Part shown: positions 13,889 through 27,062 of the stretch, in pieces
Numbering within the stretch: the first letter of the stretch is position 1
Layout: each line of letters starts with the position of its first letter
Assembly (NCBI RefSeq): GCF_008831285.2
Contig: NC_045138.2
Span: 8,184,001 to 8,248,000, forward strand
Length of the DNA: 64,000 nucleotides
Reading direction: 5' to 3'
Origin: Nymphaea colorata
Lineage: Eukaryota
Program-made: the position numbers and the translations under genes
The notes under the pieces: generated by a model
The model's database searches: none
What the model saw: the letters and a program-made list of their open reading frames with translations, nothing else
What the model was told of the DNA's origin: nothing

Positions 13889-15201
13889 GTTAGATACAAG
13901 TTGACCCTTTCTTTATCAAAATAGGGTGGATAAGATTGCTTTGCAAAACTATTGCTTGACTTGCTTGAGATATTTTCTTCTTAGAGTGGCATGAGATTAT
14001 AGAATGTTGATTTATCTTGATCTTTTTGGTAGGTTCAAACCTATCATTGACAATTTGAAAGCTTTTCCTATGGTCACTAGATCCATATTCCTTACAAAGC
14101 TTAGAATTAGATCCAACTTTGGATATAATAGCATTATATATTATAAAGTCCCTTCTCAAATGTAGGGGTCGAGGAAGAACCCGAAACTTGGTTCGAAAAT
14201 GTTCAAATCTATCAATAGGAAATAGTACCACTAGCTGTGATGAGGAGATATGTCAAACTTGACATTGGCAATTCTATCATGAGTGAAATGGACATCAATC
14301 CCAACATGTTTGGTGCATTGGTAAAAGATTGGATCAGCAAATGAGAAAACTGCATTGCTATTTTCACATAACAATGTAGGAGATGTCTTGAACGGAATGT
14401 GCAACTCATGAATAAAATATTGTGACCAAATAAGTTCAGAAGGAGAATTGGCAATGGCTCGATATTCAGCTTTGAAACTTGATCTTGAAATCATATTTTC
14501 TTTCTTAGGCTTGATAAATATAGCATAGCCACCTATAAATATCCTATCATTCAAATTTCCATCCTAATCAGTATCACTGCAGGCTTGCAACAAAGATTGA
14601 AGGATGACCAAATAAGGAGCCCATAGTAGAAAGTATGTCTTCTTAAGATATTGGAAAATGCATTTGATAGCAATCTTCCATGGTAGGCTTTTGCATGAGT
14701 TGATTGCAATTGGGAACAATGAATAAATCATGTCAAGTAATTCTTGCATACAGCAACGATCCAACAATTTGTCTATATAGAGTGGCATCATGGAAAGAGT
14801 TGCCCATGGATGCCCAAAGAGAAATAGAGCCCAACATTGGTGTTGCAATAGGTTTGTCCCTAGTCATTCTTTCTTTGTTATGAATGTCCTCAAGTATTTA
14901 TGTTGTGGCAGTAGAATTCTATCTAAGGTGATAGATACTCTTAGAAAATAATGAAGATTGCCAAGGCCCTTAAGAGCAAACTTGAGATGGAGCCTTTAAT
15001 CACTTGTTTCACTACAATAGAAGAGCCGATTTTAATACTATGATCAAGATAAACTAAATGTATCCATGATGTAGAATAATTAGTAGTAGAACCCTTGAAG
15101 TTGAGCTTATGAAAGATGCTCAATTTCTTATACCAAGATTGTAATAGCCCATATAGGGCCTTATGCAAGTGAGACATAATCAAGATATTTTTTGCTCTCA
15201 T
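13889..15201 (-). mobile_element. Ty1/copia pol relic (RT and RNase H), frameshifted
   Basis: Fragments LHKALYGLLQSWYKKLS (RT) and SRSSFKAEYRAIA...CENSNAV...PIFYQCTKHVGIDVHF (copia RNase H). A polypurine-tract-like sequence lies near 14150. Confidence 0.85.
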
Positions 15202-15899
15202 GTCTTTAATCCAGAGTCATGCACACAGTCTCTTGAAGATTGCCATGTGAGAAGGCATTGGTAGCATCTTGTTTCTAGAGCTCTCAATCATGGGTGGCCC
15301 TTGATGCAAACCTAAGAACAATTTTTCCTTACCCTTCCCTTGCATTTGTTTTTCTCCACTTTCCCTTTGCTTTCTCTCTTGAAAACATGTTGATAGTCTT
15401 ATCTCCAAAATTATACCGAGGCTCTCTATCATGCCATGAGGATCGACATCCATTTACCTTTGCCACATTTTTTGTGACGCTCCAATGTCATACACAACTA
15501 AACACAAAAAGGAAATAAAAACAAAGATTTTTTTATAAGGTCATTATGACTAAGTAGAAGCGGGACAAATCACACACCTACATAGTTAGTGTTGGCCCAT
15601 TATTTTTATTGTGTACAGATAACTTGCCTGTGTAATTAGCACACGACATGATCTGTCATAGTAGGTAGTGTTTTTAATAAAAAACACTTATTTATGAAAT
15701 AATGCTTCATAAATATGTCGAAGAGTTATGCTCTCAAGTGGTAGTTTGAAGCAACTGAAGAGGGTATACCAACAAACCCTCGCATACACAAAGTTTAAAG
15801 TTCAAGGGATTGTATATGACATTAGATAAGCTTTTATTAGCAATCCCCCATCCTTTCAGCCATCTAATCATCAAGCATCATCTGGTGGTGATAACCTAA

Positions 15900-18395
15900 G
15901 GAAAGATAGAAATTCATGACATCAGCACAACTGTTGAGTACAATGAAAATCATGATAAGATTTCCAATGTTTCATTACATGAGTGTAAAGCATGTGCATT
16001 TTACGGACTGTCAACAATGGTAGTGAGAGAGTATCATCACTAGATGCAAGTTTACTCCAACACCGGTGATAATACATGTATCATAATTCAAAAATTCTAT
16101 GAAGTTCAGACTGGTCGTTTGTTCGGCATTCCAATGAACCAAACTCACTCTGAGTCACACAAGTAACCGATCAGATCAGTAATAGCAGTAAATGCAAGTA
16201 AACAAATGAATAAATAAATAAACAGATAGGATTCATGGTTGCATGAATTCTAATGATGCATATGCATGCACCCGCCTGAGTAAAATCATATGATGTCACC
16301 CAACTCGCTGGTGTATTTAGGACAAACTGTTGCGCTGCTTACGGTCCTAAACAATGAGTCATCGGGAACATTGGCATAGTTTGGGGTAACCACTGCCATG
16401 ACTCATATTTCATTGAGCTCAACAATGTTACTGTAGTAACTGCATCCCACACTTGCTACCTCATGCCGGGGATGGATCCTCTAAGTAGTGTGGAGAAGAA
16501 GCACTTTATACATGAATCCCTACATTTAGGGAAGGACCCAACCATATGGGTCTCCAAACCCCTACGCCACCCAACCTGGCTGGCTGTTTTTAAGTTTTAT
16601 AGTTGGGTTTGACTCTTTGTAGTCATCACATGCGCAGATCTCAGACTTTTTATTTCCAGTTATACTAGGCCTTACTTGGACTTTCTTTATACCATCAACC
16701 CATATACCGATCTCAGACTTTTTCATATTCGGTATGTTGAGCTGTATTCGGATTTTCCCTTATATCTATACCGTCAACTCGAAAATATGAAACTGTCCCC
16801 AGGCCGTTGCCCACATCAAAATGTTCATTTAGGCCATGAACAAACACCGTGTGAAATAAATAAACAATCATCATGCTCAATCAATCCAATGCATGAGCAT
16901 ACTTTTATATCTATAAGCATTACCCGGGTTTCTTTATCAACTATGCTCATCTTAGAGCTTAAGCTTGGGTTTATTATAAAACAGCACCACTCTTAGAACA
17001 TAATTACAAGCTTGTATCCTCAACATAGCTCAAGCTCCCTATCTCATTGTTGCATAATTTTTCAAAATCAAATACAACTAAATAACATGCATGTATGCAT
17101 GAACATGTACTCAAAGAACTTAATTAGCTTAAGTCATTTGCTTAAACTTGTGACTTTGTTCAAACCACTAAACATCAATTATATTGATTTAAGCAATAAG
17201 TAGATCACAAGAATAATCCAATTATGGATTATGAACCACAATTCTTCAATAATACTCTATGCAATCAATCGCCTGTAGGGCTTAAGATCGACCATAAGTG
17301 TGACCAAGGTTGTCTAATCAAAGCTAGATCATACCCAACCAAGATCTAATAATAGTCATGTCTGACTAAGGCTAACTGGGTCCCATGGCCTAGCTTGGCC
17401 TATTGTCAAGGTTCGCGATGCAGGGAATTGGTGTGTGATTTGATGTGGTTTTGACACAGCCTAGACGATTAAGCTACGCAAACACTATTAGTGCAATCCA
17501 TTGGTTGCTCACATGCACTATGGGTCTTTTAAAATTCTAAATACAAATCTGATAGAATCTCATGTTCCAGTCCATTTTTCATGATTCTAATCCATAGGAA
17601 TTGTAGAAAATAGCTGCAGAGCACAGCCTATGAGAAGAAACTAGGATTTCTACGGTCAGAAATCTAAAATTTCACATTTAATTAGAGAAACTCCAATAGC
17701 TTCTATGTACCTTAGATTTTTGCAAAATTTCTACTCTATGTAATTACGGCACATGCAAGAAAGGATTTGGCAAGTTGCACCGTCAATGGAATTACCTACT
17801 AAAAAGGACAGGAACTCCTATTTATAGTATGTTAATATATTCTATTTTAAGGAAGTTGTGAAAATTAATTAAATAATAAAAAAGGTGAAATTTTGATTTT
17901 ATATTATGAAGAGGTTAGCATAGTTAATTGCATTTAAATTGATTAATTTCAATTATGAATTAGTTAATGATTAATCCTAGCTTAAGAGCTCTAATTCAAT
18001 ATTAATTGGGTGTTCAAGCTCTTAAATGGTCATTAATTAAACTTAACCATGAATTTAAACTTGATTATTTCAATTACTAGTCTACCCTTAGTCATGGTTG
18101 GTAATTACAAATTTACCATTGACTAATGCCTAGAATACCCAAGTCTCACTGGGTTTGGGACTATTTTAGTCTCCCAGCTTGACTGTGAGTTTCATAAACA
18201 TCGAACATCCATTTTCTGTCTGGTTCCAAATGCGAACGAGGCTAAGTTGTGTACTTTTTATATGTATTATTAGTTTCAAGTTATGATGTAATGTCTTAAC
18301 AATATTCACATGGAAACACAATAGGTTTCAAGAACTTCTAAAGCTAAAACTGTAATTCATTTTTTGATTTCAATGCTAAAGATCTAGATGTTACA
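15900..18395 (-). mobile_element. Probable gypsy-type LTR remnant
   Basis: Minus strand begins TGTAACATC at 18395 and has CTATAAATAGGAG near 17820. Composition resembles the 11559 LTR. The other end and a TSD were not found. Confidence 0.45.
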
Positions 18396-21150
18396 TTTTC
18401 TTTGGCTTAGTAGTTGTTAATTGAGTTATGATAATTATTGTTCCTTCAAAATCCTGAATTTTTACTATTTTTCCCTTTGCTCCTACTCTTTGTTTGCCTC
18501 AAACTCTATTCTTTCACCACTGAATTATTTAATTTGTTTTTTCTTTAATTTTTTTATTCATTAATTTGGCAAGGCCTAAGAGAAATCCTGCTATTCATTG
18601 CTCAACAAGACATGATTAACATATACCCTAGAGACCAAAAGGTCGTCAAATATAAAACCTTCTTGATGGTTTTCTGCAGTTTCCTTAAAGGGTAGCATAG
18701 CTATTCACGCCAGCCCCAAGTACCTCTATTGTTAATTTGTTCCCTTTTTAGGTGGTGGGATGAAACACTCCTTCCACTCGCCAAATAGTCTCCGTAAATT
18801 GAAAAACCATAATTTGGATAGAACAAATGCCACTTTGAGGCAAGCTACATATCAATTGACCAATGTTAATTCCACAACATCTGAACAAGCCTCTACATGC
18901 TTGATTCCAATAGTGGCCTTTCTTGTGCAGTTGTCATTTATCTCTAGGCTACTGCTACTTGGCAAGGGACAAGCTCTTACACACAAGTCAACAAGTTAAG
19001 ATCCAATCTCTATTCAGATTTGAGCCTTTCAATGAATCTTACCTTAGATAAACATTGAAGTACAATAACTAACTTCATTCAATATGGCAAGTGCATGCAT
19101 TATTTAGCAGCTGTGTACAAACTTACTTGGGTTTGCATTAAATGCAACCTTCTAAAAGTGCCGGTAGTGTTGGCAGAGAGAGAGAAAGAAAATTATTTTC
19201 ACAAGAAAAAGTGAGTGAACAAAACGAAAGAGGCATCACAGGATCTACCCCTTCGAAAGAAAACCAATATAATGATTAAAAATTCCTTAAAGCACAATTA
19301 CTTTTCTTCCTGTCTACACAAGACTGCACTGGAAACACTGCGACTTCCAATTTTATCGGATGTGTCCAAACAGACAGGAAACACTGAGACTTAGTCATGC
19401 TCTTAAAACATAAAATCTTACTATATATACTCGTCCCGAGGCCTGAACATAAGACTCATAAGAATTATTGCTCATCTGTAAAACCATGCATTATACTGTT
19501 TTGTCTTTCAACATGGAAGAAGTTTTCCTACAGTTATAATTGGTGCATCCTGTCATACTAGTTGAACACTTGGAACCGATCAATCGCTTTTGATATTATG
19601 GGATGTGTTTCTTCTATAGTACGAAAACCTGCTGCAATCCAAGATACCAAAGCCCTAACTATAGCAAACATATCAATATGATCTGATGCATGACATAGAA
19701 CAATGAGATATTCAAAGCTTAAATATCTTGGTTTGCCTTTGTTAAAAAAATTAAAAGATCCTTTTTTTCTTTCAGCATTATCACACAGAGTCACGAACGA
19801 AAAGTACAATGAAATTCCCATTTTTATGAGGGTAGACCACATGCTTTAGGCTATGAGTCACTATCTCAAGACAATCAACATCAATGCAGAAAGCCTATTC
19901 TAATATGTGAACCTCCTTGTGGAAGAAGCATGACATAAAAACATCAGCTTTATAAACTATTATTTGCTTTTTAAGTTGTCTACCCCAGAAAGCCCAACCT
20001 GACAATGTGACTACTATTTGATTATTTTCTCATGTGACTTAACTTCACACGGTCTGGAAATTCATCCTTCTTTCAAACATGCCCAGCTAAAAAAACAGCT
20101 TCTTCATGCAAATAATCAAAGTTTCACAATCTTTGCTCACATTATGGTGAGGATGTCAACTGCTTTAGGGATGTCAATATATCTGATTTCGATTAACCAT
20201 CTAACTAAACCGTTTCAAAAAATTGGATGCGAAAAAAAATTTAACATTTGATTAAGAAATTGGATAGGATTCAGATTTAAGAAATGATTTCCTGGCTTCC
20301 CATTTGGATTGGAGAAAGAAATGAAAGAGACGAATCGAACTACCTATTCAGATCGGAGTTGGATTTAGACCAGATTTAAAATCTCACTTTAAAACTAGTC
20401 TCAACATTGACTAAGAACAATGATGTTTAAACCCTCCAAGTTCCAAAAGTTTAGAAGCATTTAAAGATAGTTAAGGATTCATATTGTTTCAATCAAGTTA
20501 GTAATCAGCTCTGCTTTTCTCTGTTTCCTTGACTGCGAATTTATAGGTTCTAGTAAAATGGGTGGCGAAAAGAGGAGAGAAGGTATAACTGCCGGGGCGC
20601 CTCGTGGTCTTCGAGAAGCAGTCATGGCAAGTGGGACACTTGTGGCCCTGGGAGTCTAGGACACGCCCTTAACGGAACGAAAAAGGTCCGAATTTTAGGG
20701 AGGAACGCCCGACTCCACCGTTATCCAATCTCCACGGGAAGGAGCAGCAGAGGGAAACGACTCTCTTCTATGTGTTCGGTCGGTGGGAGTTGACGGGTAA
20801 GCGAGGGACTCTGGCGTCCCAACATCTATCTGTGTCGTCCACAAGGCTGTTCCCCTGGCCTTCACTGGTTTCTGGGTTCCGCTCTTTTTGTCTGTTCGTT
20901 CTGTCACGTGTTCGTTCCCGCTCTTCTCCCTTTTCGTAGATTGTTCAGCATTCGTTGGATATCTGGTTCTCTCTGCGGCTTGCTGGCGCTCCTGCCCACC
21001 TCTGTGGCCCCTACCCAGAAGCCAGAGGGAGCAAAGGAGAGAGAAGAAGCTAAGAGGAGAGAGTGGGACCGTGAGAGAGAAGGTTTGGAGCACTTGGAAG
21101 AGGAAAAGAAGGAGCTTGGTGGAGCTTCTGAGGCTCACGAAAGAGGAAGA

Positions 21151-24100
21151 ATGAGTAGTTCACCGGATAAGGGAGAAGCTATCGAGTCTGTGGAGCAAAT
21201 TCCGTCCGCTAAGGACGCGGATGTTGTCTCTGTCGAGCTGCCTGCCCCCAATGGATGGTTCAAAAAGGTCCGTTTTTTGAACAAAAACTGTTTGAGAAGA
21301 ACCGGTGCTTCTTCGTCATTCTTTCGCCCAATTCTTCCTCGTCATTCTTTCCCCCAATTCTTCCTCTCCTTTGGTTGTTCCCTTTACTTTGTCCTACTTA
21401 CGTTGTAAACGCTTTTGTTTTCTTCAATTCCCGCTGATAACTTGTTGGTCGGAACTTTGTTGTTGCTTTCTCGGTCCAGTTGTTTTAATTTAGGGTTCCT
21501 TTCTCCTTTGGGAAGGCTAACTCTGTTAATGAGTGTGTGACGAATAGTACCGTAGCAATATGTGTCTGCTCTCTCTCTTCCCTTTTTCTTTCTTTGTTTG
21601 GGAACTTAACCATCTCGGTGCTATTAATTTTGTATTCTTTGTTAGAAACGTTTTGGTTAACTATTTTTTTGTTCTTTCCATTTGGAGCTTGTGAACCTTG
21701 ACAGTGTGCACCATGTTTTTCTGTGTAGACTACGTCAGCTAACTGCAACGGTTCTGGTGTTGGGTGGAAGCAGTTTTTTGAGCTCAGTTTCATAATGATC
21801 GTATAATCGCATGAATATTAGCTTTTCTTTGATTGGCAATTTCGGGTTAAGTAGACGCTATTAGATCCTTCCAAGATGTGGATTCTGGGGTGTTGAACAT
21901 TTGACGTCCTTTGAACTTGAAAGTCTTAGGCGGAGGCTGGATTTATTGACTTTGTGCAGGTTACTTGGAGCTGAATAGTCACAACTTTTCAGGCTTCGTG
22001 GTTCTCCTACTTCTAGCTTTTGATCGGTGCATGTGCATCCTCGTCGTTTTTAGATTTTTCTTCTTTTCTCTTCCTTCTATTTCCTCTTTTTCAAATGTCT
22101 GCTGCACAAATGTTGAGCTGCACAGTTAGAATAGTAGCTTGGTTTACACTGCTGGGGAGGCCGCATGTATGTTGAACCAGAACTCCTACCTAAGAGTTGG
22201 TTTATATGTATTACCACTTTGTATCATTAGAATTGCATCGTGTCATGTACTCGCTGACAAGTGACATGCCCTTCAACTGCTTTGACTTTTGAAACTAATA
22301 CATCTTGTGATAGGTTTTATTGTCCATCAATCGTACATATCTCCTCCCTGTGCATATTCATTTCACTGAGAGGCCTTATCCAGTACATATCTCCTTCCTG
22401 TACTGATTCATACTTGCCTCGCTGTCCCTAATGAGCATATGTGTTCTATGTTCTGGCTTTTCCTGCCGAATCTTCCTCCTTTCTTGTTGTTTATTCTGCA
22501 ATCTGTACGTTGATTCCTCGTGCAGAAGGAACCAAGAGTAGCTTGGTTGTCATCTTATTTGAAAAAAACACTTATAATACGTGAAAAATAAGTCAGCCGT
22601 ATAAAACATGAAAAAACGCATCTTTTTTAAAAAAACACCAGAAAATAAAAAACGGAAAAAAAATGTGTATTATACGTGCTTTTTTCGTATTTTTTATGAT
22701 TTTTATTTTTTTATAATTTTCAGAACTTATTAATTGTTTTAATTTTAAAAAAATTTGCCGAGATTTTCTAAAGATATTCCTGAGATATACAACTTTGCCA
22801 TATTATACTTGAAAAATTTCTCGCCGTATAATACCCGTACACGATATATGTGACAATGGTCTGGACTCTGGACTAAATTAAGTACAAGGTAGTTGCTAAG
22901 CAATCTTCGTTTTAAGTGTTACCTTCTTGTTTTATACTCATTTGATTGAATATGTAGGTCTACCATCATTTTTTAACTCTTTAATGATCGGCATTCAGTA
23001 CTAAGTTCATCATAATTTCTTTTAAGATATTTTGGTGCATCCAATCAAAAGTGTCATGACATTTTTAGCAATAATATTGGATGAGGACCTCCACCCAGCA
23101 AGCTTTGTACCAGTTTTAATTACCAAACAGAAGGAAATATCATTCGGAAATTTATAGCATTTCTTATCCTGCGTTTTTTAAAAATTTTGAGAATTTATAC
23201 TGGTGGTGCACATTTGTGAACCAACACGCTATTTGAAACTGGTTGGGGCTATGAATCTGCTGCTTATAGGTGAGTGAAACCAAATGAATGGAAGGTACTA
23301 AAACTCAATTTATGGATGAGCCCAAACAAGCTTGGGACATGGAGAACCTTTGCTAAATGAGGTCACTTCAAGTTTGTTGTTTTTTCAAAAAATAAATGGT
23401 GGTATTGCTGTGCACTACTGTGAGCTGAGTTGTGCTAACAGCCCCTTTATGTAATCCCAAATGCTTGTAGTATGTTCATCAGCTTAGTTCAAAGTTTGAT
23501 TAAAGTTTTTACAAGCTGAATCAAGCTGAGCTATGTGCATCTAATCTTACTGCCTAGGCTAAGTCCATGTTGCTGCGATTCATTTGTATTTTGTAGTGTT
23601 CAGTTCACCAGAAAGCGCAGGTTGGCATCTCCCGTACTGAATACTTCCTCAATTCTACATAAGCCCTTTCCTTTTTGGAAGTTAGCCATCAAACTTACTC
23701 TATTATTAACCACTTTATGGTATATAAGTTCAGGGTAACTTGGATTTCTCTTGTCCATGGTGTTAGCTGATATGCGGAAAATCAGCACCTCACTGAAATG
23801 AGGCATGTGATTTATGTATATATTTTTTTCTATATCTGTCCTTTTGAGTATAAAAGAAGACAGACCAAATTCAGTGTGCTAAATAAAGGCCAGTTCTTCA
23901 CTTCTTGTCCCTTGTTGCAAAACATAGTCGACCTCTGTTACCAATAACGACAGCATTTGGTTTGTCAAACTACTACTGTGTGCCAGGTCCACGGAAGGGA
24001 ACTAAAGCTCATTGATATACCTGTCAGGACGATAGCATAAAATTGAACAGCTCTTGAAGAAGGTGTTCCCAGAAGTAGAATTGTTGTGCATGTGGTCTCT

Positions 24101-24652
24101 CTCTTTCTCTCTCTCGGTGAATTTAAGAGAACTTCTTGAGAAAGATGGACATAGCAGTAGAAATTTTGTGCATGTGGATGTCCCTGGACCTCAATAATGT
24201 TTCTATTTCTTGTTCTTTTTAGAAGCACTCTTGCAAATGATGAGCATAGAAGTAGAAGTCTTGTGCTTGTGGAAAATGTCTGTTTCCTTGTTCTCTTTTA
24301 CTGTTACACTTATCTGCTGTTTTACGACATCTTAGAAATCCACTTGTACAGAACCTTCTTACCATATTGAACTTTTGCAAAAGCTGATCTGATAACATCA
24401 ATGAATTTTGGATTTCTATTCTTTTCTATATTGTAAAATGTTATTATGAGGTCTGGTTTATACTGTTTGTTTATTTTTGTTGTTATTCTGCTATCTGTAG
24501 TTTATTCCGAAGAAGGGAGGAACACCAAGGAGAAGTGAGATTGTTTTTATCTCACCAACTGGTGAGGAAATCAGGAGCAAGAAGCAGCTGGACAAATACC
24601 TCAAAGAACACCCTGGGAGCCCTTCTTCTACAGAATTTGATTGGGGGACTGG

Positions 24653-24696
<44 letters not shown>

Positions 24697-25764
24697 TGTA
24701 TGTGTGTGTAACATATTAAATATTTGTTATATGTGGGTTGTGGGTGTATACATTCCTGCTTGTCAATAACCTGTCATTTTATCTGGGAAGCAGGTGATAC
24801 ACCTAGACGGTCTGCTAGAATCAGTGAAAAGCTCAAGGCAGCAGAAACACCTGAACATGAGCCTCCTAAAAAGCGTGCAAGGAGCTCATCAAGCTCAAAG
24901 AAGGTTGGCAAGAAGAAAGGCAATGAAGAAGCAGAAGGCCCAAATGAGGAGGAAGATGCAGTTGTTGAAACAGAAAATGGAGCTAGCAAGGATGTGGAAA
25001 TGTCAGATGCTTTCAAAAGTGATGATGAAGCTGAGAAACATGCTGGAGAAGATGCAACAGATAAGGATGACATTAAGCAGGGTGGCAAGAAGCCACTTGA
25101 AGATGGGAAAATAGATTTAAAAGACAAGGAAGAAGATGACACGGAGAAGCCTATCGAAGTTGGTGAGGTAGATCTCAAGAAAGAAGAAGATAAGGACAAG
25201 CCAGTTGAGGACGATAAGGTAAACCTTGAAGAGAAGGAAGAAGATAACAATGAGAAACTAGTTGCAGATGGTAAGGTAGATATCGGGGAGAAGGAAGAAG
25301 ATAACAAACAGCCAGTTGAATACAGTGAGAAAGGTATCGTGCAGAAGGACGAAGATGACGAGGAGAAGTCCATTAAACACAGTGAGGAAGATCTCCAGGA
25401 TAAGAAAGAAGATGACAAGGAGAAGCCAGTTCAAGGCTGTAATGAAGAACTTAAAGAGAAGTTGCTTCCCCAGCCGGAGAGTCTGACTGATGAAAAGGTA
25501 GAGGAAAGGACAGCTAATAGTGAAGTCAGTAAGGAAGTTCAACCGTTAGCAACTGACTTGAATATGGAGCAGTCGTCGGAGAAAGATAATAAGGGTGCTG
25601 ACCCTTCATTTCCATCAAAGGACGCCTCCACGGAGGCGACAGAAATTGCTCCACTTGAAAATGATGAGAAGACAGATGAGAGCTCGGAGGAGGTCCAAGA
25701 AAAACATTCCTTGAGCAATGAAGACGGCCAGCAAGCCCCCACAACATCAACAACCAACTGCTGA
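21151..25764 (+). CDS. MBD11: Methyl-CpG-binding domain protein, MBD10/MBD11-like; exons 21151-21267, 24501-24651, 24794-25764; 412 aa
   Basis: GT-AG splicing keeps the frame: MSSSPDK...VSVELPAPNGWFKK|FIPKKGGTPRRSEIVFISPTGEEIRSKKQLDKYLKEHPGSPSSTEFDWGT|GDTPRRSARISEK. This is the typical plant MBD10/11 domain, followed by a long acidic tail. Confidence 0.93.
22543..22860. mobile_element. Possible MITE-like insertion in MBD intron 1
   Basis: Abrupt A-rich then T-rich block with ATACG/CGTAT motifs and weak terminal inversion (TTGTCA...TGACAA). Confidence 0.35.
24654..24708. repeat. Compound (CT)n(GT)n microsatellite at the donor of MBD intron 2
   Basis: Directly follows the exon 2 G|GT junction. 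Confidence 0.95.
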
Positions 25765-26379
25765 AATCATCCAAGGAAACGTTCTTGTTCTTCTTTCTAG
25801 TTTCTGTGTCTGTACTGTGTTCTCTTTACAATTGTCCCAGAACTCTAGTCGATAGCATGACCCAGGCACTCACAGCTTTTCCTACCCCTGAACTACGATT
25901 CCATTTCTATCAGACGGAAGGCCTATATTGTAGGTTACAACATGTACTGTTATTTAGGAACCTGGAAATTCCTCATCTCTAACCTTCAAATGGATATTTA
26001 ACATTCAATATTTTTGGTTCTTTTATTGCATAACCTAAAGCCTGTTGGATGGCAGCAATTGCTAATGCTTGTGGCTAACTGAGATCAGTATCATCTGGAT
26101 TTGTATCCATATTGCCTGGAATACAGTTCTTTGTTGAAATAATCGCATAATTTACTCAACCTGCTGAAACTCCGGAATTCCACTTCATTTTTTACTGTCA
26201 TGATCAACTAATTGGCTACATCCATTCTTGCCTTATTTTGGTTTAGATGTCAAGTCAACTCAGAGCATTGTTCAGAGTTCTATAATGTCTCAATTGACAG
26301 CTGGCAATTTTTTATTTTTTTTATTCCTTCGCTTGACAAAGAGTAAGTTAAGTGACTAAGTTCTGTTCACCACCCTAAT

Positions 26380-26730
26380 ATCACACGAGCACATGAGATA
26401 TTCGGAACATGCATCTTATAGCATATGAGATAAAGAAACAAACGGGATTAAATAGAGTGTCGTATAGCGTTTGAGCTAACGAAAGGGGTAGCACCGAATA
26501 ACGTGTAAAGGGGTACGAGATAATGAAAGGGATGCTTGAGATAACAAAAGGGTATGAGATAATGAAAGGGATGAGACTAAATAACCAGTGCCATAGCGTT
26601 TGAGACAACAGGTCTTATAGTATATGAGATAACGAAACAAGTCCTATAGTGTTTGAGATAATAAAAGGAATTTGAGATAATGATGGGGGTATGAAATAGC
26701 AATAGGAGCATGAGCTAACGAAGGGAGCAT
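26380..26730. repeat. Dispersed GAGATAA-motif array, probably a MITE relic
   Basis: About ten (T)GAGATAA / GAGCTAA motifs with AAAGGG spacers, between the convergent MBD and GRX-like genes. Confidence 0.5.
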
Positions 26731-27062
26731 AACAAAAAAGAAAAAAGAAAAAAGGAAGATGCTTCTTTAGCTGCCGATCTCCATTCCGTTGGCGAATCAT
26801 AAAACTTCCGATCACCAAAGTGGCAGCATCACAGGCCGTCACCAGGACTTATAAAACCCGTTTCGCACTTGACAAGGGTGACAATTACAATATGAATGAT
26901 GACTTTTAATGAATCCAACTGCTCGGCATTGATAACAAATATGAACACCACCAATGCCGACCAAATAGTAATACACAGAGGGAGTTGAGATGAACTCTAC
27001 ATACTATCAATTTTGAAAGAAAACGAACAACCAATTACTAAATTAACGAAATAGCCTCAAGT

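Noticed and set aside
20908..21150. Apparent in-frame N-terminal extension of the MBD ORF
   Set aside because: It starts at a non-ATG codon and runs through GA-rich 5'UTR-like sequence. The first ATG is at 21151.
24774..25774. Ser-rich antisense ORFs over MBD exon 3
   Set aside because: They are shadows of the GAA/GAT-rich sense strand.
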